Shown here: one piece after another, positions 45,624-54,412 of the stretch
How the letters are laid out: every line of letters begins with the position of its first letter
Position numbering within the stretch: position 1 is the stretch's first letter
Assembly: GCA_023442525.1 (NCBI GenBank)
Contig: JAEZZA010000004.1
Location: forward strand, 32,052 to 96,051
Length of the DNA stretch: 64,000 nucleotides
Origin: Bacteroidota bacterium
GTDB taxonomy: Bacteria > Bacteroidota > Bacteroidia > Bacteroidales > UBA10428
Reading direction: 5' to 3'
Translations under genes and position numbers: made by a program
Notes under the pieces: generated by a model
What the model was told of the DNA's origin: nothing
What the model saw: the letters and a program-made list of their open reading frames with translations, nothing else
The model's database searches: none

Positions 45624-47423
45624 TTATTCACCTGTTTCTCCTTTTTGTACAGAAAAAATCTCCTCAATAAGCTTCGCATAGCGACTTACCAGGAATTTTC
45701 TCTTTAATTTCAGCGTGGGCGACAATTCTCCGGTATTCGGACTCCATTCTTCCTGAACAAGGCGAAATCTTTTGATTTGCTCTGTCTGGCCAAGTTGTTT
45801 GTTCATTTCAATAACAACCCGCTGGAATCTGGCAATTACCTCAGGAATCTGAATAAGTTCCGCGTTATCGCGAAATGCAATACCATGCCTCATTGCCCAG
45901 TTGTGAAGGAAGTTAAACTCAGGTGAAATAATCGCGCTGGCGAATTTCTGGTTTTCACCAATTACCATAACTTGCTCTATAAAACTGGATTCCTTTAGCT
46001 TATTCTCGATTACCTGTGGAGCAATATATTTGCCGCTTGAAAGCTTGAACATTTCTTTTTTTCGATCGGTAATTTTTAGATACCTGTTTTCCAACAGAAT
46101 ACCTATATCGCCGGTGTGAAGCCACCCCTCTTCGTCTATCACCTCTTTGGTAAGCACGGGATCGCCGTAATAACCTGCCATAACATTCGGACCCTTGCAG
46201 AGGATCTCTCCATCGTGAGCTATTCGCACTTCAACACCAGGAACTGCCGGGCCAACGGTACCGATACGTATGTCGCCAGTGGCCGGATGCCGATTGGTGG
46301 CTATAACAGGCGACGATTCCGTCATTCCGTATCCTTCAGCAACCGGTACGCCGGCTGCATTAAATATTACACACAGTCGGGGTTGCAATGCTGCACCTCC
46401 TGCAACAATCAACTGAACCTGACCACCCAAAGCCTGGCGCCATTTCCTGAATACAAGCTTGTCGGCTATCATTAGCCTGAATTTATACCACCAGTTGTTT
46501 GTTTCAGGAATTCGATATTTCATCCCCAGGTTTACTGCCCAGAAAAAAATCTGTTTCCTGATTCCGTGCAATTCCCTTCCCTTGCTTAATATTTTGTCGT
46601 ATGTGCGTTCCAGAAGCCTTGGTACGGTTATAAAGACATGGGGCCGTACTTCTTTCAGATTTTCCGAAATAGTACCCAGGTTCTCCGAATAGTAAATGCC
46701 TGCACCTATACTTTGAAAATAATAATTAATGGTTCTTTCAAAAACATGGCTTATCGGAAGAAAACTCAAGGTGCGGTGAGTGTGATTGAAATCATAGGTC
46801 TGTGAAATAGAGAGCACATTGCTCATAATATTCCGGTGCGATAGCATAACACCCTTGGGATATCCGGTAGTCCCCGATGTATAGATCAATGTGGCCAGGT
46901 CTTCTTCCTTTATCGACCGCCTTATCTTGTCGAGTGTCTGATTCAGGCTTTCCGATTTTTTAATGCCCAGATCCAGTATTTGCTTCCAGTGCTTTGCACC
47001 TTCAACTGCGTTGTAGGTATAAATATCACGAATGCTCTTTATTTTTTCAGCAATGGGCTTCAGTTTATCGTACAACCCGCGGTCAGAAACTATTAGCAGC
47101 CTGGGTTCACAATTACCCAGAATATAGGTATAATCATCTTCGCTAATAGTAGGATAAATCGGAACATGAATAACTCCGATCTGGCTGAGCGCCATATCCA
47201 TGATGTTCCATTCGGGACGGTTATTTGAAATGGTAGCTACCATATCGCCCTTCTGCAGTCCCGTTGCAATCAGGCCGTAACTTGTATTTTCAACTAATTC
47301 GAGATATTCTTTAACCGAATATCTAACCCATGAACCTTTTTCCTTACCAGCAAGTATATCCTCTTTTTCCGGACAGATTTTCAGTAAGTTATCCAGGATG
47401 TCAAAAGTCCTCAACAAATCCAT
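45624..47423 (-). CDS. Long-chain acyl-CoA synthetase (AMP-dependent ligase)
   Basis: 599 aa with YTSGTTGYPKGV, GYGMTES and TGDIG motifs. Its stop is 15 nt upstream of the AOS start. Confidence 0.85.
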   Translation of the reverse strand: MDLLRTFDILDNLLKICPEKEDILAGKEKGSWVRYSVKEYLELVENTSYGLIATGLQKGDMVATISNNRPEWNIMDMALSQIGVIHVPIYPTISEDDYTYILGNCEPRLLIVSDRGLYDKLKPIAEKIKSIRDIYTYNAVEGAKHWKQILDLGIKKSESLNQTLDKIRRSIKEEDLATLIYTSGTTGYPKGVMLSHRNIMSNVLSISQTYDFNHTHRTLSFLPISHVFERTINYYFQSIGAGIYYSENLGTISENLKEVRPHVFITVPRLLERTYDKILSKGRELHGIRKQIFFWAVNLGMKYRIPETNNWWYKFRLMIADKLVFRKWRQALGGQVQLIVAGGAALQPRLCVIFNAAGVPVAEGYGMTESSPVIATNRHPATGDIRIGTVGPAVPGVEVRIAHDGEILCKGPNVMAGYYGDPVLTKEVIDEEGWLHTGDIGILLENRYLKITDRKKEMFKLSSGKYIAPQVIENKLKESSFIEQVMVIGENQKFASAIISPEFNFLHNWAMRHGIAFRDNAELIQIPEVIARFQRVVIEMNKQLGQTEQIKRFRLVQEEWSPNTGELSPTLKLKRKFLVSRYAKLIEEIFSVQKGETGE

Positions 47424-47544
47424 GTAAAAACTATTTCTATTTCAAATATAACTAATAAGTCCATATTTTTCTGATGTTATGTATCATTATCATTTTTTTA
47501 GCCTGTTGAAAAAATTACCTTTTCTTGATAATTAAGAAAGATGT

Positions 47545-48492
47545 ATGAAGAAACTTGCCGTTATTGCATTAGGTGGAAACGCCCTTCAGAGGGATAATCA
47601 GAAAGGGACCATTGAGGAACAGGAGAAAAACACATTCAAAACTCTTGAGAACCTGGTATTTCTTTTAAAAGAAGAATATGAACTGGTAATAACCCATGGT
47701 AATGGTCCGCAGGTTGGGGATTTACTGCAACGCAATGACGCCGGTGAGCAGGTATATGGAATCCCGCAGATGCCGCTTGATGTTTGCGTAGCCGGTACCC
47801 AGGGCGAAATCGGTTATATGATTGAACGTATACTTCGCAATGTACTGAACAAGCATGGGATAGAGAAAAACGTGATAAGCCTTATCAGCCAGATTGTGGT
47901 TGACAAAAAGAGCAAGTCGTTTAACAATCCGGTGAAGCGTATCGGCAGAAGCTATTCGCCTGAAATGGCAAAAAAACTTGAGCTTGAGAAAAACTGGATT
48001 TTTAAGGAAGAAAAGAAGTCCGACGGCGGTTTGCGGCGTGTGGTGGCTTCTCCGGAACCGGTACGGATTCTCAACAGCGACATCATTACCGACCTGGTAC
48101 GTAAAGGAAATATAGTGCTGGCCGCCGGAGGCGGTGGAATCCCGGTTTATATCGATGCAAAGGGAAACTACCGTCCGGTTGAGGCGGTGATCGATAAAGA
48201 TATGGCTTCAGCACTGCTGGCAGTTTGCGTGAAAGCTGATGAATTTTACATCCTGACTGATGTGCCTTATGTTTATCTGAACTATAAAAAGCCGGATCAG
48301 AAGATCGCTGAATTCATTACACGCGATGAAGCCCGATTGTACCTGGAATCGGGGATGTTCGGCGAGGGTACTATGGCTCCTAAGATGAAAGCTGCTCTGT
48401 ATTTTATTGAACATGGAGGTAGTAAAAGTGTAATTACAGAGGCAACCAAGCTTGAGAACAAGAAATACGGATCGAGGATAACCATGAATTAA
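47545..48492 (+). CDS. arcC: Carbamate kinase
   Basis: 315 aa with MKKLAVIALGGNAL and THGNGPQVG. Confidence 0.9.
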   Translation: MKKLAVIALGGNALQRDNQKGTIEEQEKNTFKTLENLVFLLKEEYELVITHGNGPQVGDLLQRNDAGEQVYGIPQMPLDVCVAGTQGEIGYMIERILRNVLNKHGIEKNVISLISQIVVDKKSKSFNNPVKRIGRSYSPEMAKKLELEKNWIFKEEKKSDGGLRRVVASPEPVRILNSDIITDLVRKGNIVLAAGGGGIPVYIDAKGNYRPVEAVIDKDMASALLAVCVKADEFYILTDVPYVYLNYKKPDQKIAEFITRDEARLYLESGMFGEGTMAPKMKAALYFIEHGGSKSVITEATKLENKKYGSRITMN

Positions 48493-48499
48493 TATAAAA

Positions 48500-48522
48500 A
48501 GCCGGGCTTGGATGGCCCGGCT
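48500..48522 (+). terminator. GC-rich hairpin after arcC (no T-run)
   Basis: AGCCGGGC-TTGGATG-GCCCGGCT begins 8 nt after the stop. Confidence 0.4.
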
Positions 48523-48694
48523 GCTGCCTGAATCTTACTAACCTAACTACTCTTTAGATAACCTTATTGCCCTTGTTATCATTATGACCGGGCAAAAGCA
48601 TTATTACCCTATAAAAAATTGTTGAAAACAAATGCAATTATTAACAACAGACCGCATATAATCATCGTTATTTTAGCGAAGTTAAATAGTATCA

Positions 48695-49702
48695 ATGCGG
48701 AAAGGATTGTTGACAGCGGCTGCTTTGTTGAATTTTTACGTACTCCCGGCACAGTATCCGGAGAGAATGTCGAGGCACGAATATTTTGAAACCTATAAAG
48801 ACATCGCTATCAGAGAAATGGAGAGAAGCGGTGTCCCGGCCAGCATTACGCTGGCTCAGGGTGCTCTCGAAAGCGGCAACGGTAACAGCCGGCTGGCCCG
48901 GTCGGGAAACAATCATTTTGGCATTAAATGCCATAACGACTGGACCGGAAAGAAAATACATGAGGATGACGACAAGAAGAACGAATGTTTTCGCAAATAT
49001 TCCTCCGCAGAGGAGTCATACCGCGATCATTCAGATTACCTGAGAGCAAAAACCAGGTACGCATTTCTGTTCGATCTGAATATTACGGATTATAAAGGGT
49101 GGGCAAGGGGACTCAAAAAAGCGGGATATGCCACCAGCCCTACCTACGCAGAGGCTCTGATAAAGATTATTGAAGAACATAATCTTACTATTTACGACCG
49201 CCAGACGGCCAAAAGTCTGGAATCACCACAACGCGCAAAAAAGGCACGCGTGGAAGCCTCTTCACGGCCCATATTGGAACGCAACAGGGTGAAGTATATT
49301 GTAGCACGTACTGGAGATACATTCGACGGGATTGCAGGTGAACTGGGAAAACTTCCCTGGGAATTGCCCAAATATAATGATGTCAGAAACCCCGATTCAC
49401 TGTTCCAGGGACAGATTGTTTATATACAGCCCAAACGTAACAAGGCAGAAGCCGGAAAGAACACTCATACGCTTCAGAAAGGCGAAACCATGTATATGAT
49501 CTCCCAACTTTACGCAATTAAACTGGAACGATTATATGCACTAAATAACCTGAACCCCGGAACACTTGTTTCCGAAGGAACCGTTTTGCAACTTCGTAAA
49601 CCGGTTAAGCGCCGTGCTGCCAGGCCCCAGGTTGAACCATCTACAAAAAAAGAATCATCAATCGATTCAGATGAAGAAATAAAGATTGATGTGGTTTTTT
49701 AA
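48695..49702 (+). CDS. GH73 N-acetylglucosaminidase domain protein with two LysM domains
   Basis: Contains GVPASITLAQGALESGNGNSRLARSGNNHFGIKC. LysM-like segments are YIVARTGDTFDGIAGELG and HTLQKGETMYMISQLY. Confidence 0.8.
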   Translation: MRKGLLTAAALLNFYVLPAQYPERMSRHEYFETYKDIAIREMERSGVPASITLAQGALESGNGNSRLARSGNNHFGIKCHNDWTGKKIHEDDDKKNECFRKYSSAEESYRDHSDYLRAKTRYAFLFDLNITDYKGWARGLKKAGYATSPTYAEALIKIIEEHNLTIYDRQTAKSLESPQRAKKARVEASSRPILERNRVKYIVARTGDTFDGIAGELGKLPWELPKYNDVRNPDSLFQGQIVYIQPKRNKAEAGKNTHTLQKGETMYMISQLYAIKLERLYALNNLNPGTLVSEGTVLQLRKPVKRRAARPQVEPSTKKESSIDSDEEIKIDVVF

Positions 49703-50664
49703 GTCAACCGGCAGTTGTTCAGATCAAAGCCCCTCAAAAAGTCCTCTATATCCAGTTGTTTTTTACCTTGTAGCTGTACCCGGTATAACTGCATAAATCC
49801 ATCACGGGCAGCCACTTTTACAAAGGTCTTCTTATCTGTAACCAGTTCTCCCGGTCTTAATGAGTGGGAATCCCTTAACCGGACGGCCCTGAAAATCTTA
49901 AAATTGAGTTTTTCACCAGTGGGAGTTAGCAGGTCGGTCCATGCTGCAGGGTGGGGACTCAGGCCACGTATGAAATTATGAATTGTATCAATGCCCTGGT
50001 TCCAGTTTATTCTGCACTCTTCACGAAAGATTTTCGGTGCAGCTTTAAGTGGTACTTCCGTTTTTACCAGGATCTGATCAACCGGTTTAATCTTCCCCGA
50101 AAAGATATTCCGGATAGTTTCAACAACCAGATCTGAACCAATTTCCATCAGCCTGTCGTGCACTTCACCGGCCGATTCATTTTCGCCGATAGGAGTTTCA
50201 CTCGAAGATATCAGGGCTCCTTTGTCGATTTCATGATTGATAAAGAATGTAGTGACCCCTGTTTTTGTTTCCCCGTTCATTACGGCATGGTTTATCGGAG
50301 CGGCTCCCCTGTATTGTGGCAGTAACGAAGCATGCAAATTGAACGTGCCAAGCGGAGGTAAACTCCATACTTCTTCGGGCAGCATTCTGAAGGCAACCAC
50401 TACCTGCAGTGCCGGTTTAAAATTCTTAAGAGCTTGCAGAAATTCCGGATCCTTCAGTTTAACAGGTTGAAGAACAGGCAGCCCTTTCTCTAAGGCGAAC
50501 TCCTTAACCGGAGAGGAGTGTAATTGCAGGCCTCTGCCCGATGGTTTATCAGGCGCCGTAACAACTGCTTTAACGTCGAAACCCGCATCGGTTATTGCCT
50601 TGAGCGATGCCACGGCAAATTCGGGCGTGCCCATGAATACGATGCCGCGATTTTGCATAATCAA
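49699..50664 (-). CDS. fmt: Methionyl-tRNA formyltransferase
   Basis: 321 aa with [25 protein letters not shown] and a C-terminal Fmt domain. 4-nt overlap with ribBA. Confidence 0.9.
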   Translation of the reverse strand: MIMQNRGIVFMGTPEFAVASLKAITDAGFDVKAVVTAPDKPSGRGLQLHSSPVKEFALEKGLPVLQPVKLKDPEFLQALKNFKPALQVVVAFRMLPEEVWSLPPLGTFNLHASLLPQYRGAAPINHAVMNGETKTGVTTFFINHEIDKGALISSSETPIGENESAGEVHDRLMEIGSDLVVETIRNIFSGKIKPVDQILVKTEVPLKAAPKIFREECRINWNQGIDTIHNFIRGLSPHPAAWTDLLTPTGEKLNFKIFRAVRLRDSHSLRPGELVTDKKTFVKVAARDGFMQLYRVQLQGKKQLDIEDFLRGFDLNNCRLT

Positions 50665-51929
50665 TCGTCGTTTACAATCCTGAAATCCTGATCTTCGAGC
50701 AGGTCGAGCAAATGACCCATTTTATTCTTTTTTGTCTTCAGGTAAAAGTGGTTATGCTCGTTGGGCGGAATACAAAGGGGGATATTGTCCACTATCGAGA
50801 TCCCATATCCTTCAAGTCCTGCCCGTTTTATCGGGTTATTGGTGATAAGCCGTACTTTCCCAAGTCCGAGTTCGCGGAGTATGCTGGCACCCACGCCATA
50901 ATCTCTTTCGTCTTCTTCAAATCCAAGGTCAAGGTTGGCTTCAACGGTATCCCTGCCTTTTTCCTGCAGGTTATATGCCTTGATTTTATTGAACAGTCCT
51001 ATCCCCCGTCCTTCCTGATTCAGATAAACTATGACACCCTTTCCTTCTTTTTCAATCATACGCATGGCTTCATGCAACTGTGGACCACAGTCGCAGCGAT
51101 ACGATCCGAAAATATCACCGGTCATGCATGAGGAATGAACCCGTACCATTACCGGATCCTCCGGAGTCCATGATCCTTTGATCAGGGCCAGATGTTCGAG
51201 CCTGTTCGATTTTTGTATAAAAGGAATAACCTTGAATGTTCCGTATTTAGTGGGAAGTTTAGCTTTTTCGCCTTTGATTACGAGGCTTTCCTGTTCAAGC
51301 AGGTAAGCAATAAGCGACTTGATGGTAATTATTTTAAGTTTATGCCTTTTTGCAATTTCAATTAATTCAGGCAACCTGGCCATACTGCCATCTTCGTTCA
51401 TTATCTCAACAAGTGCCCCGCCGGGTTTGAGTCCGGCAAGCCGGGTCAGGTCAATCGCAGCTTCAGTATGTCCCGGCCGGCGTAAGACTCCCTTCATTTT
51501 TGCTTTTAAAGGGAATATATGCCCGGGTCGTCCGAGATCTTCAGGCCTGGTTTCCGGATCAACCAGGGCCCGGATTGTCTTGGCACGGTCAGTGGCCGAA
51601 ATGCCTGTAGTGCATCCGTGACCGAGCAAATCAACCGATACGGTAAACGGAGTACTGTGCAATGAAGTATTACTGCGAACCATCAATTCGAGTTCCAGTT
51701 GTTCGCATCTCTTTTCTGGCAGGGGAGCGCAAATTAGTCCTCTCCCGTATGTGGCCATGAAATTTACTATCTCGGGGGTAATAAGTTCAGCAGCGCAAAT
51801 GAAGTCTCCTTCGTTCTCACGGTCTTCGTTATCGACCACAATTATCACTTTGCCTTCCTTGATATCCTGTATAGCTTCCTTAACAGTGTTCAACTCAATT
51901 AACATATTGTTTGTAAACCTATTCGGCAT
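50661..51929 (-). CDS. ribBA: Bifunctional 3,4-dihydroxy-2-butanone-4-phosphate synthase / GTP cyclohydrolase II
   Basis: Contains [11 protein letters not shown] (DHBP synthase) and [20 protein letters not shown] (GCH II zinc site). The true start may be MLIELNTV at 51905. Confidence 0.92.
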   Translation of the reverse strand: MPNRFTNNMLIELNTVKEAIQDIKEGKVIIVVDNEDRENEGDFICAAELITPEIVNFMATYGRGLICAPLPEKRCEQLELELMVRSNTSLHSTPFTVSVDLLGHGCTTGISATDRAKTIRALVDPETRPEDLGRPGHIFPLKAKMKGVLRRPGHTEAAIDLTRLAGLKPGGALVEIMNEDGSMARLPELIEIAKRHKLKIITIKSLIAYLLEQESLVIKGEKAKLPTKYGTFKVIPFIQKSNRLEHLALIKGSWTPEDPVMVRVHSSCMTGDIFGSYRCDCGPQLHEAMRMIEKEGKGVIVYLNQEGRGIGLFNKIKAYNLQEKGRDTVEANLDLGFEEDERDYGVGASILRELGLGKVRLITNNPIKRAGLEGYGISIVDNIPLCIPPNEHNHFYLKTKKNKMGHLLDLLEDQDFRIVNDD

Positions 51930-52025
51930 GTGAAATTAATTCGATGCAAATTTACAACTTGTAATACAATCTGAAGAAGGTTCAGCGAATAAAACATTTC
52001 TGCACTTCAATTCAAATGAATTTCA

Positions 52026-53201
52026 TCAGCTCCTCTTTACTTTCTGCCATTTTACCGAATAATTGCCGGTGAAATACCTGAAAAAACCTGTTAAAACAGC
52101 ATAATTCATAATAAAAAGATAATAGGGAGCAAAGAAAAACCCCTGTTTGGTTTTAACATTCTCAAGCTGCCAGCCTGCAAGTGCCAGAGCGTAAAACAAA
52201 CATTGCAGGATGAAAAGGGTAATGTAAAGAGGTGAACTGAAAGAACTCAGTACGATTAACAGGTTTAAGATAAAAACTACCGGGAAAGCAAATGGAACAA
52301 CAGTCCAGCGGAAAACCTTATGTGAAATATATTTAAACGAGAGCGCACCATATTTGAACGGATTTAGTAAATCCGACATACGGGCAAGCGATTGCATACC
52401 TCCTGAGGCAATACGCGTCTTCCTCTTGATTTCCTCTGAAATCGACAGCGATGCAGTTTCGGTGCCGCAAGCCCTTGGAGCGTATTTAATGGAATAGCCC
52501 TTACGGATCATCTGCAGCGAAAGGGTAAAATCGTCGAGTAGTGTATCCTCACTGACTTCATCGTATAATTCCGTACGAATGGCGAAAATTTCACCAACCG
52601 CACCCACTACAGATCCGGTTTCGGATTCAAGCTTCTTAATTTTCGATTCATATTGCCAGTATAGTCCCTCTCCGGCACTCACAGCCTGCTGCTTGCAGGA
52701 TGCAGCAATTCTTTTTTCGCCAGTGACACAACCTACTGACGGATCAGCAAAAGGACGCAGAATTTCATACATTGCTTCCGGGTTAAGCATGGAATTGGCA
52801 TCCGTAAATACTACGAATGGTGTTTTCACTGCTTTTATCCCCCTGTTCATTGCGTGTATCTTGCCTTTTCGCTCATGCTGGTGCATAACCGAAATTTCAG
52901 GATAACGGCACAGCAGATCAGCAGTATTGTCGGTAGTCCCGTCGGTAATCCAGATAATTTTCAGCTTTTCGGGAGGGTATCTCAGAGTCAGACAGTTATT
53001 AACCTTTGCAATTACATATCCTTCCTCATTATATGAAGGGACCAGTAAAGTTACCTCTGGCTCAAAAACAACAGCAGACTGGTCTCTTTTTCTTCGCGTA
53101 ATTCGTTGGAAAAGCGAAGCAACCATCAAAATCAGAGTGTATCCCAGGTAGGTATAGAGTATGATTGAAAGGAAAAACCAGAAAAGCAATTTCAGGATCA
53201 T
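52026..53201 (-). CDS. Membrane-embedded glycosyltransferase family 2 (COG1215-like synthase type)
   Basis: 391 aa. N-terminal TM helix, GT-A core (VPSYNEE, TDGTTDNT, FTDANS), an FRW element and about 4 C-terminal TM helices. Confidence 0.8.
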   Translation of the reverse strand: MILKLLFWFFLSIILYTYLGYTLILMVASLFQRITRRKRDQSAVVFEPEVTLLVPSYNEEGYVIAKVNNCLTLRYPPEKLKIIWITDGTTDNTADLLCRYPEISVMHQHERKGKIHAMNRGIKAVKTPFVVFTDANSMLNPEAMYEILRPFADPSVGCVTGEKRIAASCKQQAVSAGEGLYWQYESKIKKLESETGSVVGAVGEIFAIRTELYDEVSEDTLLDDFTLSLQMIRKGYSIKYAPRACGTETASLSISEEIKRKTRIASGGMQSLARMSDLLNPFKYGALSFKYISHKVFRWTVVPFAFPVVFILNLLIVLSSFSSPLYITLFILQCLFYALALAGWQLENVKTKQGFFFAPYYLFIMNYAVLTGFFRYFTGNYSVKWQKVKRS

Positions 53202-54412
53202 TTCAGATTCTGTTTATAGAATTCAGCCAGCTTACCGGCAAGATAGCTGTTGTTATATTTCTCATTTACCAGGTTATAGCCGTTTTGTCCAAGTTTTCGA
53301 CAAAGATCAGGATATTTCATCAACGATTCAATAGAATTTGCAAACGATTCAGGCTCATCGGCAATCATAAGATGTTCGCCATTTACCGCCATCAAACCTT
53401 CGGCGCCGATGGTTGTGGTTATTACCGGCTTGCAGAGTGCCATAGCTTCAATAACCTTCATTCGCATACCGCTTCCCGAGAAACAGGGCGCTATCATGGC
53501 GGAATAATTTTGGGAATATGATACGGGATCTTCGATTTCACCATGAAAAACAACACCGTGAACTTCGAGGCGATGAATCAGCGACCGGGTAGCATTCCTG
53601 CCGGCTACATGCAGTTTCAGATCATGGTATTTCTGATGTAATCCGCGAAATACCTTATTAATAAACCATAGTAGTCCTTCCTGGTTGGGTATCCAGTCGA
53701 GCGATCCCAGGTAATACAATGTGAAGGCCCTGGTCGGCAACTGAGTCGACACTGTGTCATCAGGGTATTGAATTATGTCCACTCCGGCAGTGCAAACATG
53801 CGAAGGTTTGGTATTACCCATTTGCCTGAATTTCACATTATCTCTTTCGGTTATCGGAACCAGCAGGTCGTAAGTATTCATTGCCATCTCTTCGAACCGT
53901 TTCAACCGCTGTGCAAGCAGCCTGAAATATTTTTTCTTAAGATAATTTGTTTCCGCATCAGCAATTCTCGTCCATATTTCATGTTCAACATTATGGGCCC
54001 TTAGGGCGATCTTTGCCGATGAACACTTTTTAATGGCAGGTATATATTGAGTCAGATACAACCCTTCGAGTTGCACAATGTCAAATTCCGAATTCGATAA
54101 GATCCTCACCAGCTCATCCTCAAAAAAAGATGAACGGAAACGGCTTGCAGTATATGGCTTTACCGAAAACAGGATATTATATACCAGGCTTCCCAATCTG
54201 ACACCGGCATCGACGTAAACACTATGAACATCCATAAACCTGGTGTAAGCCTGATGATGTTCTACAGTGAGCTTATGCTTACGCGTAAACATGGTGAGTA
54301 CAGTAACCTGATGTCCCAGTGTATGTAAAGCACGGGCAAGGCTGAACATGGCAAGTGATCCTCCATCACGTGGTGGATATGGAGGCTTATTACATACCTG
54401 TAATATCTTCAT
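53198..54412 (-). CDS. Glycosyltransferase family 4 (GT-B)
   Basis: 404 aa with MKILQVCNKPPYPPRDGGS and a C-terminal EGLMAVNGE-type block. ATGA-type overlaps on both sides. Confidence 0.8.
   Translation of the reverse strand: MKILQVCNKPPYPPRDGGSLAMFSLARALHTLGHQVTVLTMFTRKHKLTVEHHQAYTRFMDVHSVYVDAGVRLGSLVYNILFSVKPYTASRFRSSFFEDELVRILSNSEFDIVQLEGLYLTQYIPAIKKCSSAKIALRAHNVEHEIWTRIADAETNYLKKKYFRLLAQRLKRFEEMAMNTYDLLVPITERDNVKFRQMGNTKPSHVCTAGVDIIQYPDDTVSTQLPTRAFTLYYLGSLDWIPNQEGLLWFINKVFRGLHQKYHDLKLHVAGRNATRSLIHRLEVHGVVFHGEIEDPVSYSQNYSAMIAPCFSGSGMRMKVIEAMALCKPVITTTIGAEGLMAVNGEHLMIADEPESFANSIESLMKYPDLCRKLGQNGYNLVNEKYNNSYLAGKLAEFYKQNLK

Noticed and set aside
47545-48492. Carbamate kinase considered as a marker of an arginine deiminase island.
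   Set aside because: arcA, arcB and arcD are absent from the neighbourhood. A single housekeeping-type gene does not support a pathway island.
51930-52025. An FMN riboswitch expected upstream of ribBA.
   Set aside because: The 96-nt upstream region is too short and lacks the conserved FMN-element stems and GC-rich core when read on the minus strand.
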